Source: a bacterium (GTDB lineage: Bacteria; Fidelibacterota; Marinisomatia; Marinisomatales; UBA1611). Taken from it: a stretch of DNA of 10,377 bases. Numbering within the stretch: position 1 is the first letter of the stretch; each line of letters begins with the position of its first letter. Under the pieces are notes generated by a model. It was not told the origin of the DNA, did not search any database, and saw only the letters and a program-made list of their open reading frames with translations. The stretch is taken from positions 1-10,377 of the forward strand of contig JAYPIC010000061.1 of the NCBI GenBank assembly GCA_038127595.1. The letters run 5' to 3'. A program made the position numbers and the translations under genes. This document shows positions 1 to 8,040 of the stretch, piece after piece.

Positions 1-158
1 GACATAGATTTTCCTAACATTTCTATCTCGCGTTCTAATTTTTCTAGTTCTTCTAGTTGTTTCTTGATTTGCTTATCTAATGTGGTTTGGCCCATTAATA
101 GTATAAAAGACACAGTTAAGAAAATGCCAGTTATTAATCCCTGAAAATATGATGTCAT
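1..158 (-). CDS. Hypothetical protein, 5' part only (runs off window start): N-terminal hydrophobic anchor or signal followed by a coiled coil
   Basis: Manual minus-strand translation from ATG at 158 gives MTSYFQGLITGIFLTVSFILLMGQTTLDKQIKKQLEELEKLEREIEMLGKSM..., open to the window edge. SD-like GAAAGGG lies just upstream. Not in the ORF track because it has no stop in the window. Confidence 0.8.
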   Translation of the reverse strand, partial: MTSYFQGLITGIFLTVSFILLMGQTTLDKQIKKQLEELEKLEREIEMLGKSM

Positions 159-211
159 GTTAGAACCCTTTCTAAATAATTGTATTAGGTAGTTTTGAAT
201 TTATTTAATAA

Positions 212-239
212 TTGACATTGATTTACATTATTGTACTAT
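212..239 (+). promoter_or_regulatory. Putative sigma70-type promoter for the 260-1304 genes
   Basis: Perfect -35 TTGACA (212-217), 16-bp spacer, -10 TACTAT (234-239), in the divergent intergenic region 20 bp upstream of ATG 260. Confidence 0.55.
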
Positions 240-259
240 TGGATTTTGTAGATTTATGA

Positions 260-442
260 ATGAACAGATTAAAGAAATTGTTAGATAATAATGAGATTTT
301 TGCCAACACCGGTTTAGTTGCATCAACCATTTGTATAATTTATGTAATTCCTATTGACAGAGAATACTCAGTGTCATTTTTTATTTTATTATGGTTTATC
401 GCATCAATTATAAAAGAATATAAAGATAGTAGTAGTTCATAA
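260..442 (+). CDS. Small hypothetical membrane protein (60 aa, about 2 hydrophobic segments)
   Basis: Hydrophobic stretches GLVASTICIIYVIPI and YSVSFFILLWFIASII; lies downstream of a plausible promoter; no clear SD; no recognisable family. Confidence 0.55.
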   Translation: MNRLKKLLDNNEIFANTGLVASTICIIYVIPIDREYSVSFFILLWFIASIIKEYKDSSSS

Positions 443-472
443 AAATTAATCTTTTTAAAAAAAGGTTTTAAC

Positions 473-727
473 ATGAAAAATTTAAAAATTAATAGGTCTT
501 TCAAATCATTAGCGATCTTGTCTCATTCAATTACGATGTTTTTTGGTATAGCACTTGGGATGACCATATGTATCACGTATCAACATTATATAGGTTTATT
601 TTTATACCAGTTATTACCATATATAATTTTTATTGTAGTGATAAGTATTATACTTAGGGTTTATTTTATTATGTCTTGGAAAAAAATGGGATATAATTCT
701 ATTTTAGTTAATGATGAAGAAAAATAA
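473..727 (+). CDS. Small hypothetical membrane protein (84 aa, 2 TM helices)
   Basis: SD-like AAAGG upstream of ATG 473; basic N-terminus, two long hydrophobic segments, basic residues after the second helix. Confidence 0.7.
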   Translation: MKNLKINRSFKSLAILSHSITMFFGIALGMTICITYQHYIGLFLYQLLPYIIFIVVISIILRVYFIMSWKKMGYNSILVNDEEK

Positions 728-803
728 TGTCATTTACTTCTAATTAAATATAAAAGTGTGCGTAATATTATTGCCTACCAAAAACTTGATAAAAAGGATT
801 TTA

Positions 804-1304
804 ATGTCAAAATATTTAACTTTTTTAATACCAATTATATTTTTTGTCGGTTGTGCTAATGAAGATGATGATGTCAATACTTCTGGCGATTTTGATGGTA
901 CCTGGAATGTGACTTTTATGGGTGAATATGCTAATGCAGATTGTTCTGGCGATATAGATACTACAGGTTGGGCTCTTTCATCTGCCTTTGGTATATCTCA
1001 GGTTCTTGAAATCGATGGGGGTTCTTACACTATGACAGTTTCAATGGGAGGTCAAGTAATGGAAAGCTTAAGTGGATCATTTTCAGAAAATGAAGGTAGT
1101 CCATGTCTAGATGGCGAATGCATTTCAATTAATTGGATAACTCCTGGTTCAGTATGGTCAATGGATATAGAGTCTGATGCATACTGTGAGGATTCTAACC
1201 TTGAAGAAACATCAGATAATACTCAAGAATCATGCGAAGCTAATGGTGATGGTTATGATTGGTATCCAGAAAGCTGTACTCAATCTATTTATACAAAAGA
1301 ATAG
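804..1304 (+). CDS. Acidic, Cys-rich lipoprotein (166 aa precursor), possibly a lipocalin-like beta-barrel
   Basis: ATG 804 is preferred over GTG 756 because AAAGGA (793-798) precedes it and it yields the signal peptide II MSKYLTFLIPIIFFVG|C (Cys codon 852-854). FDGTWNV resembles the lipocalin GxW motif. Six further Cys are present. Confidence 0.85.
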   Translation: MSKYLTFLIPIIFFVGCANEDDDVNTSGDFDGTWNVTFMGEYANADCSGDIDTTGWALSSAFGISQVLEIDGGSYTMTVSMGGQVMESLSGSFSENEGSPCLDGECISINWITPGSVWSMDIESDAYCEDSNLEETSDNTQESCEANGDGYDWYPESCTQSIYTKE

Positions 1305-1323
1305 ATTAACGAATTAAATTGAG

Positions 1324-1352
1324 AAAACCCCACTCGATTGGGGTTTTTTTTT
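1324..1352 (+). terminator. Rho-independent terminator after the lipoprotein gene
   Basis: Inverted repeat AAAACCCCA (1324-1332), loop CTCGAT, TGGGGTTTT (1339-1347), within a 9-T run ending at 1352; about 20 bp after the stop at 1304. Confidence 0.9.
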
Positions 1353-1412
1353 AGTTTGGTGCAAGAATTTAATAAATGAATATATTCATTAAAATAATTT
1401 GATAACTTAAAA

Positions 1413-4172
1413 ATGGTTGAAGCTAAAATAAGAACATTTGCTAAGGGCTGTGATCTTTCAACTAACATGATAGATAGGTCTTCATACATTGTAAAACTTT
1501 TAGAAGCTGTTTCTAGTGGTCTTCCAAAAGAAAAGCATGAAAAGCTAACTCGATATATGTGCGGTATGATTTCAACTCCTATTAAATATAGTTCTTTAAG
1601 AGATCAGATTATTGAGAATTTTAAAGATTGGTCTGTTGAAGAAATAAGCAGATCAATGAAATATATTGGGACATATTTTCATTTATTAAATCAAGCAGAG
1701 TTAAATGAGATTATCCACATAAATGAAAAAAGGGATGTTTTATCAGACAAGGATAATCCAAAAGTTGATTCTATTCCATCGGCTGTAAAATTTATGAAAA
1801 ATAATTCTGTTAGTTTTAATAGGGCTAAAGAAATCATTAGTAACATAAGTATTCATCCTACTTTTACAGCTCATCCGACAGAGACGAGAAGACCATCAAT
1901 AATTAAAAAGCAAAGAATGCTTCTTCAAATAGTTGATACAATTTTGAATGGAAACTTAAGCCACACAAAACGAAGTCGTTTAGAAAATGAAGCTATTAGG
2001 TTGTGCAGACTTATTATGTTCACTGGTGATGTAAGATCACATGATATATCTGTTAAGGATGAAATAAATAACACTCTTAAAAGTACAATAAACTCTTTAT
2101 GGTACTCTGTCTCTGAATTATCATATGATTTAGAGTCTTCTTTTGAACAATATTATAAAGAAAAAGTCCAGCTTTATGATTTATTAAGCTTTCATAATTG
2201 GGTTGGCGGTGATAGGGATGGTAATCCAAATGTGGATAGTGAAATAACAAAGTATGCGTTAAAAAAGCAGGTTAGTCTAGTAATAAATAAGTACTTTGAA
2301 GACCTAGATCAACTTTTTGATGACATGAGTATTCATAAAGATTTTGCTGAAAGTAATGATACATTATCAAAATCTATTGAATCAGATCTAAGCAAGGTCA
2401 ACGTCGATGAAAAATTAGTTAACAGGTATTTAGATGAACCAGTGAGATTGAAAATATTATGTATTAAAGAAAAACTTATCGATTATAAATATCAATTATT
2501 TTCAAAATATACTTCACAATACTCTTCTGATGAGTTTCAAAAGGATTTAGCTGCAATTGAAGAATTTCTTATATCTGTATCAGATGATGATAGTATGGTT
2601 GATGGAATACTAAGAGATATAATGGTTCGAGTAAAAGTGTTCGGATTAAACTTCATGAAATTAGATATTCGTCAACACTCGGATGTTCATGAGAGAGCGG
2701 TACATGAATTATTGAAGCAAATAAGACCAGGTGTTAGTTATAAAAAATTAGATGAGAAACAGAAATGTAATATTATAAAAGAGATATTATTGACTGAGAA
2801 AAGCAAGATTAAATACGATTCCACAGTTTTTACTGATATGCTCAAAGAAGTTTTAGATACGTTCTATGTAATAAAAGAAGCCTTAGAAGTTGATAGAAAA
2901 TTAATTTCATCATACATCGTGAGTATGACACATGAAAAAAGTGACATTCTTGAAGTTCTTTTTCTAGGCAAGGTTGCTGGTATAGTTAATATAGAAAATA
3001 GTACAATGATATCCGATTTAAGTATTGTTCCCTTGTATGAGACAATAAACGATCTGAATAACGCATCCTCATTGCTTAGAGAGTTGATTGAGGATGACCT
3101 CTATAAATTACATTTAAAAAATAAAGGCGATTTTCAAGAAATTATGTTAGGCTACTCTGATAGTAATAAAGATGGTGGCTTTGGAATGGCAAATTATTGT
3201 TTAAATAAATGTCAGCTCGAGGTGTCTGATATAATGAATGAGTACAATATTGGTTTTAGGCTTTTTCATGGCAGAGGAGGTTCAATAAGTAGGGGTGGTG
3301 GAAAAAGTAATAAAGCAATTTTAAGCTTACCATATAAATGTCAAAATGGTAAAATTCGTTTTACAGAGCAGGGCGAGGTTATTAATTATCGTTATGGATC
3401 TTCAAGAATCGCAAAAAGGCATTTAGAGCAAATAGTAAGTGCCCAGATCACAGCTTTAACTAATAAAAACAAAGTTAAAAATAATAATTTTGAATTAATA
3501 AAAACTGTTCTTGATCAGTCCTATAAAAAATATAGAAATGAGATTATTAATGAAAAGTGCTGGCATTTTCTTTTAAACGCTACCCCGATTAACCATATCA
3601 GTAAAATACCAATTACTTCGAGGCCAGCATCAAGGAAGAAAATGGATGAACATGTTCTAGGATTTGATGATCTTAGAGCTATCCCATGGGTCTTTTCTTG
3701 GACTCAGGTCAGATATAATCTCAGTGGCTGGTATGGTATGGGTTCAGTTTTAAAAAATGCAGTAAATGACCCATCAAACCTTGAAGAATTAAAAAAGATT
3801 TATTCTACTTCAAAATTTTTTAAACAGCTATTGGATAATATGTCATTTGAGATGGCTAGATCAAGATTAAAAACATCTTCCAACTACGCTAAAAGTGATG
3901 AAGATCTATCTTTTCATTCAACGATTGAAAAAGAGTTTGAACGTACATTATATGCTTATAAAAAAATCACTGGTTATAATTCTCTATTAGAGCGGAATAA
4001 AGTAATAGATAGTTCAATCAATTTTAGAAACCCATTTACAGATATCTTAAATTTTGCTCAGGCTGAACTTTTAAGCAGGTATAGAGCATCCAACAAAAAA
4101 GATAGCAAGCTTGATAATGCTATCTTTATAAGTATTAATCATATTGCTGCAGCTATGCAAACAACTGGCTAA
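1413..4172 (+). CDS. ppc: Phosphoenolpyruvate carboxylase (bacterial/plant-type fold)
   Basis: All hallmark motifs are present: FTAHPTE (catalytic His), WVGGDRDGNP, LDIRQHS, VPLYET, QEIMLGYSDSNKDGG (catalytic Lys), FHGRGGSISRGGG, RFTEQGE, SRPASR, LRAIPWVFSWTQ, C-terminal IAAAMQTTG. 919 aa is a typical length. Exact start uncertain (ATG 1413 or 1468). Confidence 0.98.
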   Translation: MVEAKIRTFAKGCDLSTNMIDRSSYIVKLLEAVSSGLPKEKHEKLTRYMCGMISTPIKYSSLRDQIIENFKDWSVEEISRSMKYIGTYFHLLNQAELNEIIHINEKRDVLSDKDNPKVDSIPSAVKFMKNNSVSFNRAKEIISNISIHPTFTAHPTETRRPSIIKKQRMLLQIVDTILNGNLSHTKRSRLENEAIRLCRLIMFTGDVRSHDISVKDEINNTLKSTINSLWYSVSELSYDLESSFEQYYKEKVQLYDLLSFHNWVGGDRDGNPNVDSEITKYALKKQVSLVINKYFEDLDQLFDDMSIHKDFAESNDTLSKSIESDLSKVNVDEKLVNRYLDEPVRLKILCIKEKLIDYKYQLFSKYTSQYSSDEFQKDLAAIEEFLISVSDDDSMVDGILRDIMVRVKVFGLNFMKLDIRQHSDVHERAVHELLKQIRPGVSYKKLDEKQKCNIIKEILLTEKSKIKYDSTVFTDMLKEVLDTFYVIKEALEVDRKLISSYIVSMTHEKSDILEVLFLGKVAGIVNIENSTMISDLSIVPLYETINDLNNASSLLRELIEDDLYKLHLKNKGDFQEIMLGYSDSNKDGGFGMANYCLNKCQLEVSDIMNEYNIGFRLFHGRGGSISRGGGKSNKAILSLPYKCQNGKIRFTEQGEVINYRYGSSRIAKRHLEQIVSAQITALTNKNKVKNNNFELIKTVLDQSYKKYRNEIINEKCWHFLLNATPINHISKIPITSRPASRKKMDEHVLGFDDLRAIPWVFSWTQVRYNLSGWYGMGSVLKNAVNDPSNLEELKKIYSTSKFFKQLLDNMSFEMARSRLKTSSNYAKSDEDLSFHSTIEKEFERTLYAYKKITGYNSLLERNKVIDSSINFRNPFTDILNFAQAELLSRYRASNKKDSKLDNAIFISINHIAAAMQTTG

Positions 4173-4184
4173 GTTTCCTCTTTG

Positions 4185-5447
4185 ATGGTCCCAAAAAGAA
4201 AGAGACAATCAAAACAAATTAAATCCTCGCTTAGAATTTCTACAGTGGAAGGTTCATGGTGGGCTGTCATGTACGGTATGGTGGAAACATATTTTGGTGC
4301 GTTTTTTGAATATTTAAAATACACAAGCTATGAAATTTCAATTTTATCTACCTTGCCCATATTCATAGGGGCAGTCTTTCAGAACCTAACTGGGTGGTTT
4401 TACGATATTTTACGTTCTAGAAAAACATTATTAATAATTTTAAAATGCATACAAACTATTACAATTCCACTAATTCTTTTTGCTGGATATTCATCAGGAA
4501 ATTATTTTTTATTATTGGTTTTTATTTGCTTGTACTATGCACTTGCTATGTCTCAGATGTCTCCCTGGACGTCTTGGATGGGCTACTTAGTACCTGGTCG
4601 ACTGAGGGGTAGATACTTCGGCAACAGATCTCAAGTAGTAAGGATATTTATGTTAATATCTTCTCTACTTGCAGGAGCAATTTTAAACTCCTATGAAGAG
4701 TCAAATACCTTTAATGGGTTTACAATAATATTTAGCCTAGGTATGGTAGCTAATTTTGGTAGTATTTATTACTTAAATAGACAATATGAACCAGAAAATA
4801 CTACCGATGATGAAATTATTGAAATTGATAGTAGTAATACAAACATGGATAGCGGGCTCAAACGATTTATCACATATGACTCCTTGTCTGAATTTTCTTT
4901 TCATGTTTCTGGCCCTCTTATGATGGTATACTGGTTAAGGGATCTAAAATTTGATTATATAGAGCTTGCAATATTAATAAACGTTAGTCAAGTACTTGGT
5001 TTGTTTAGTATGCGGTATTGGGGTAAAAGAATAGATAACAATGGAAGCTATTCAACCATTCGTTTTACAAGTTTTTGCATAGCTGTTTTCCCCATGTTTT
5101 GGGTTGGTATCTATTATCTACCTAATGAGCTCATATTAGCAGGATCAATTATAATTGCATCCTTGGCGTCATTAATGTTCAGTGGGCGAGCATTAGCATT
5201 AGATAATCGTCTTTATGAGCATATGAAAAATAAAAAAATGATCAAGGTTACCTCAAAAAGATTTTTCTTTCGAGGATTATCAATTTTTATTGGGGGCCTC
5301 ATTGGGGGCCTTCTTACCAGGAATGAGAGCAGCTTTTCTAATTATATTGAACTAGATACGGTCATCCATGCCGTAATGGTTTTCTCTACAGTTCTTAGGT
5401 TAGGTGTTTGGTCATATTTTCTCATTGATAAAAGATCAGAGATCTAG
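4185..5447 (+). CDS. MFS transporter, substrate unknown
   Basis: About 420 aa with roughly 12 hydrophobic helices in two halves separated by an acidic central loop. Degenerate motif A in each half (GWFYDILRSRK; WGKRIDNNGS) and WMGYLVPGRLRGRYFG. ATG 4185 or TTG 4182, 9-12 bp after the ppc stop. Confidence 0.9.
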   Translation: MVPKRKRQSKQIKSSLRISTVEGSWWAVMYGMVETYFGAFFEYLKYTSYEISILSTLPIFIGAVFQNLTGWFYDILRSRKTLLIILKCIQTITIPLILFAGYSSGNYFLLLVFICLYYALAMSQMSPWTSWMGYLVPGRLRGRYFGNRSQVVRIFMLISSLLAGAILNSYEESNTFNGFTIIFSLGMVANFGSIYYLNRQYEPENTTDDEIIEIDSSNTNMDSGLKRFITYDSLSEFSFHVSGPLMMVYWLRDLKFDYIELAILINVSQVLGLFSMRYWGKRIDNNGSYSTIRFTSFCIAVFPMFWVGIYYLPNELILAGSIIIASLASLMFSGRALALDNRLYEHMKNKKMIKVTSKRFFFRGLSIFIGGLIGGLLTRNESSFSNYIELDTVIHAVMVFSTVLRLGVWSYFLIDKRSEI

Positions 5448-5462
5448 AACACTTGAATGATT

Positions 5463-6113
5463 TTATTTTTTACTTTTTGCTTCTTCTAAGATTCTTTTTT
5501 TAGAAGCAGCCCATGAACAAATTGTACACTCTTTTAAGTCGTGATTTCTAGCAGGGCAATGCTCTCTACCAAAAAATATAATTTGTAAATGCCGTCTATT
5601 CCATTCATCTTTTGGCCAAATATTTTTTAAGTCTTTTTCAGTTTTATCAACACTTTTACCATTTGTGAGACCCCATCTAGCTGCCAATCTGTGAATGTGG
5701 GTGTCAACCGGAAAAGCAGGGACTCCAAACCATTGTGACATTACCACACTTGCGGTTTTATGCCCTACTCCAGCTAAACTTTCTAGATAATCCCAATCTT
5801 GTATTACGCCTCCGCCTTCAATTAGTTGCTGTGCCATTTTATGAAGGTTTTTTGCTTTGGTTGGAGCTAAACCAATTTCTTTAATGATGCTCTGGATTAA
5901 TTTTACATCTAATTTGGCCATTTTTTCTGGCGTGTCAGCCTTTTTAAATAAAGCAGGCGTAACTTCATTTACTTTCTTATCTGTTGTTTGAGCAGACAAC
6001 ATAACTGCCACTAGAAGGGTATAAGCACTATAATGATCAAGCGGTATTGGGGTTTCAGGATACAATTCATCTAGCATGTTTCCGATAATCTTCGCTTTTT
6101 CAGATCTTTTCAT
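5463..6113 (-). CDS. nth: Endonuclease III (HhH-GPD DNA glycosylase/AP lyase)
   Basis: LLVAVMLSAQTTDKKVNEVTPALF, HhH motif LAGVGHKTA (catalytic Lys), FPVDTHIHRLA (catalytic Asp), C-terminal Cys cluster with variant spacing. Confidence 0.96.
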   Translation of the reverse strand: MKRSEKAKIIGNMLDELYPETPIPLDHYSAYTLLVAVMLSAQTTDKKVNEVTPALFKKADTPEKMAKLDVKLIQSIIKEIGLAPTKAKNLHKMAQQLIEGGGVIQDWDYLESLAGVGHKTASVVMSQWFGVPAFPVDTHIHRLAARWGLTNGKSVDKTEKDLKNIWPKDEWNRRHLQIIFFGREHCPARNHDLKECTICSWAASKKRILEEAKSKK

Positions 6114-6216
6114 TTAAGTGCTGTGTGCTTTATTAATTATTAATTAATGTTATAAATCAATTCTATATGTTAACTAATATTGTACTTCTTATGGACATAA
6201 AATAATTATTAAATAG

Positions 6217-7425
6217 ATGAAAGTTGAAACTGTAATTATTGGTGCTGGCCTATCAGGCTTATCCTGTGCGATTCAATTAGAAAAAGAAAGAAGAGACTAT
6301 CTTCTTGTAGAGAAAGCTAATAGAATTGGTGGAAGGTTAGGCTCTTTATATGAGGAGGGTAATATTTATGATATAGGTTTTCAGGTTTTTAACACTGCCT
6401 ATAAAAATACAATGCAATTGCTGGATAGGGATGAGGTAAAGCTAAAAATGTTTAAACCAGGTTCAGTCATCCATGATGGGAAATCTTTCAATCTAATCTC
6501 TGATCCATTAAGAGATCCAAAGCAGTTATTTACTAGTTTATTTTCTTCAATTTTAACTTTTAAAGATAAAATAAAGATACTGTCTCTGATAGCTCAATTA
6601 TCAAACTATGATATTCAAAATGATAATTCACCTGATATGCAAACTATTGATTTCTTAAAAAAGAAAAATTTTTCTGATAAGTTTATAGAACTTTTTTTCA
6701 CTCCATTTTTTGCAGGTATTTTTTTAGAAAAAGATCTTCAAACTTCTTCAAAATTTTTTAAATATGTATTTTCAAATTTTAGCAAGGGTTTAGCGTGCTT
6801 GCCTTCGGAAGGGATGCAGAATTTAAAAGACTTAATTTTTAAAAATATCAGTTCAGATAGATTGTTATTAAATCAATCTCTTGAAAAAATAGAGGACATA
6901 GGTTTGTTAATTTTTAATAATGGTCAGACAATAAAATGTAAAAATATTGTATTAACAGGCGGTAGTCATAAAAAAGTTGGATTAAATGAAGTCTCATATA
7001 ACTCTGTAAAAAATATTTATTTTGAATCAGATATCAAAATTGAGAATGGGAAGTATATTCATCTCTTTCCAAAAGATAATATTATAAATAATGTTGCAGT
7101 TCTTAATCAAGTTAGTCGCAGTTATTCTAAGTCAAATAGTTTGCTATCGATATCTGTTATAGGTCACGATTTAAAAGATAAGCTTGATTTAAACCAACTC
7201 AGAAAAAAACTAGCAAATTATTTTGGAGGAAATGATTCAAATTACGAATGGGTAAAAAGTTTTTATATAAAAAATGCTACAATCAAGCAAAACACGAATT
7301 ATTTTGACTCGAATACGTTTTCTCCTACAAAAGGATTAATTATAGCTGGAGATCATAGTGTTTATGGTAGTATTGAAGGTGCTGTATTATCAGGGTTCAA
7401 TGCATCTAAGAAAATATTGAATTAA
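6217..7425 (+). CDS. FAD-dependent oxidoreductase (flavin amine oxidase / protoporphyrinogen oxidase / phytoene desaturase superfamily)
   Basis: N-terminal Rossmann motif VIIGAGLSGL...VEKANRIGGRL, then DIGFQV, and C-terminal AGD...GSIEGAVLSG. Substrate cannot be inferred. Confidence 0.9.
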   Translation: MKVETVIIGAGLSGLSCAIQLEKERRDYLLVEKANRIGGRLGSLYEEGNIYDIGFQVFNTAYKNTMQLLDRDEVKLKMFKPGSVIHDGKSFNLISDPLRDPKQLFTSLFSSILTFKDKIKILSLIAQLSNYDIQNDNSPDMQTIDFLKKKNFSDKFIELFFTPFFAGIFLEKDLQTSSKFFKYVFSNFSKGLACLPSEGMQNLKDLIFKNISSDRLLLNQSLEKIEDIGLLIFNNGQTIKCKNIVLTGGSHKKVGLNEVSYNSVKNIYFESDIKIENGKYIHLFPKDNIINNVAVLNQVSRSYSKSNSLLSISVIGHDLKDKLDLNQLRKKLANYFGGNDSNYEWVKSFYIKNATIKQNTNYFDSNTFSPTKGLIIAGDHSVYGSIEGAVLSGFNASKKILN

Positions 7426-7449
7426 TAGTTCATATAAATAAAGAGTCCT

Positions 7450-7944
7450 TTGAACTTTAATTCACACTTATCGCATGGTTTTCCGCCACTTATCTACGAG
7501 GATGTAGAAATTTTAATTCTAGGATCATTACCTGGTAAAAAGTCTATTGAGTTAAAAGAATATTATGGTCATCCTCGCAATAGAATGTGGAAAATATTAT
7601 GTGATATAACTAATTGTGATTTACCTACTGATTACGCCTCTAAAAAGATCTTTTTACAAAAAAATAAAATTGGCCTTTGGGATGTTGCCAGTAGTGCAGA
7701 AAGGAAAGGTAGTTTAGATAGTAACATAAAAAAAGAAATCCCCAATGATGTGGACAGTCTATTAATAAACTATCCATCTATTAATGTAGTCGGGTTCAAT
7801 GGTAAAAAATCTGAAAGTATGTATAAAAAATTTTTCAAATTAAATAGATCTATAAAATATGTATCTCTACCTAGCTCAAGTCCTGCAAATATGGCGATCT
7901 CTTTTGAAGATATTTGCCTTAGATGGATAGAACTTTTCAAGTGA
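7450..7944 (+). CDS. DNA-deoxyinosine (hypoxanthine-DNA) glycosylase, UDG superfamily family 6
   Basis: ILILGSLPG, YYGHPRNRMW (conserved catalytic Asn), IGLWDV, GSLDSNIK, FNG, LPSSSPAN; TTG start with AAAGAG upstream. Confidence 0.9.
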   Translation: MNFNSHLSHGFPPLIYEDVEILILGSLPGKKSIELKEYYGHPRNRMWKILCDITNCDLPTDYASKKIFLQKNKIGLWDVASSAERKGSLDSNIKKEIPNDVDSLLINYPSINVVGFNGKKSESMYKKFFKLNRSIKYVSLPSSSPANMAISFEDICLRWIELFK

Positions 7945-8003
7945 ATGAAATTTGTTATTCCTATTTTTGTTTTGGTCCATAATTAAAGGGACGTAATTTT
8001 TTG

Positions 8004-8035
8004 TATAATTATTTTAAACATTTAATAGAAAGAGG
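8004..8035 (+). promoter_or_regulatory. Putative -10 box and ribosome-binding site for the DDDLPF-tail gene
   Basis: Perfect TATAAT at 8004-8009 with no convincing -35; SD-like GAAAGAGG at 8028-8035, 5 nt before ATG 8041. Confidence 0.5.
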
Positions 8036-8040
8036 TTGTG

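Noticed and set aside
42..58. Tandem TTCTAGTT repeat
   Set aside because: Explained by LEELE coiled-coil codons on the minus strand.
756..803. Upstream GTG start extension of the lipoprotein ORF
   Set aside because: The SD and a normal-length signal peptide II fit ATG 804.
1289..1489. 66-aa minus-strand ORF from the track
   Set aside because: It overlaps the ppc start and the lipoprotein end on the opposite strand, runs through the terminator hairpin and has no recognisable motif; shadow ORF.
5289..5311. 11-bp direct repeat ATTGGGGGCCT x2
   Set aside because: In frame (period 12), encoding the IGGL-IGGL helix-packing motif of the MFS protein; only two copies, so not a CRISPR or mobile-element repeat.
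6114..6216. AT-only palindromes and repeats in the nth/oxidoreductase divergent spacer (e.g. AATAATTATT at 6201-6210) as an operator or SOS box
   Set aside because: Expected by chance at this AT content; no match to a LexA box I recognise.
6217..7425. Naming the oxidoreductase hemY/hemG or crtI
   Set aside because: Only superfamily-level FAD motifs are visible, and there are no haem or carotenoid genes nearby.
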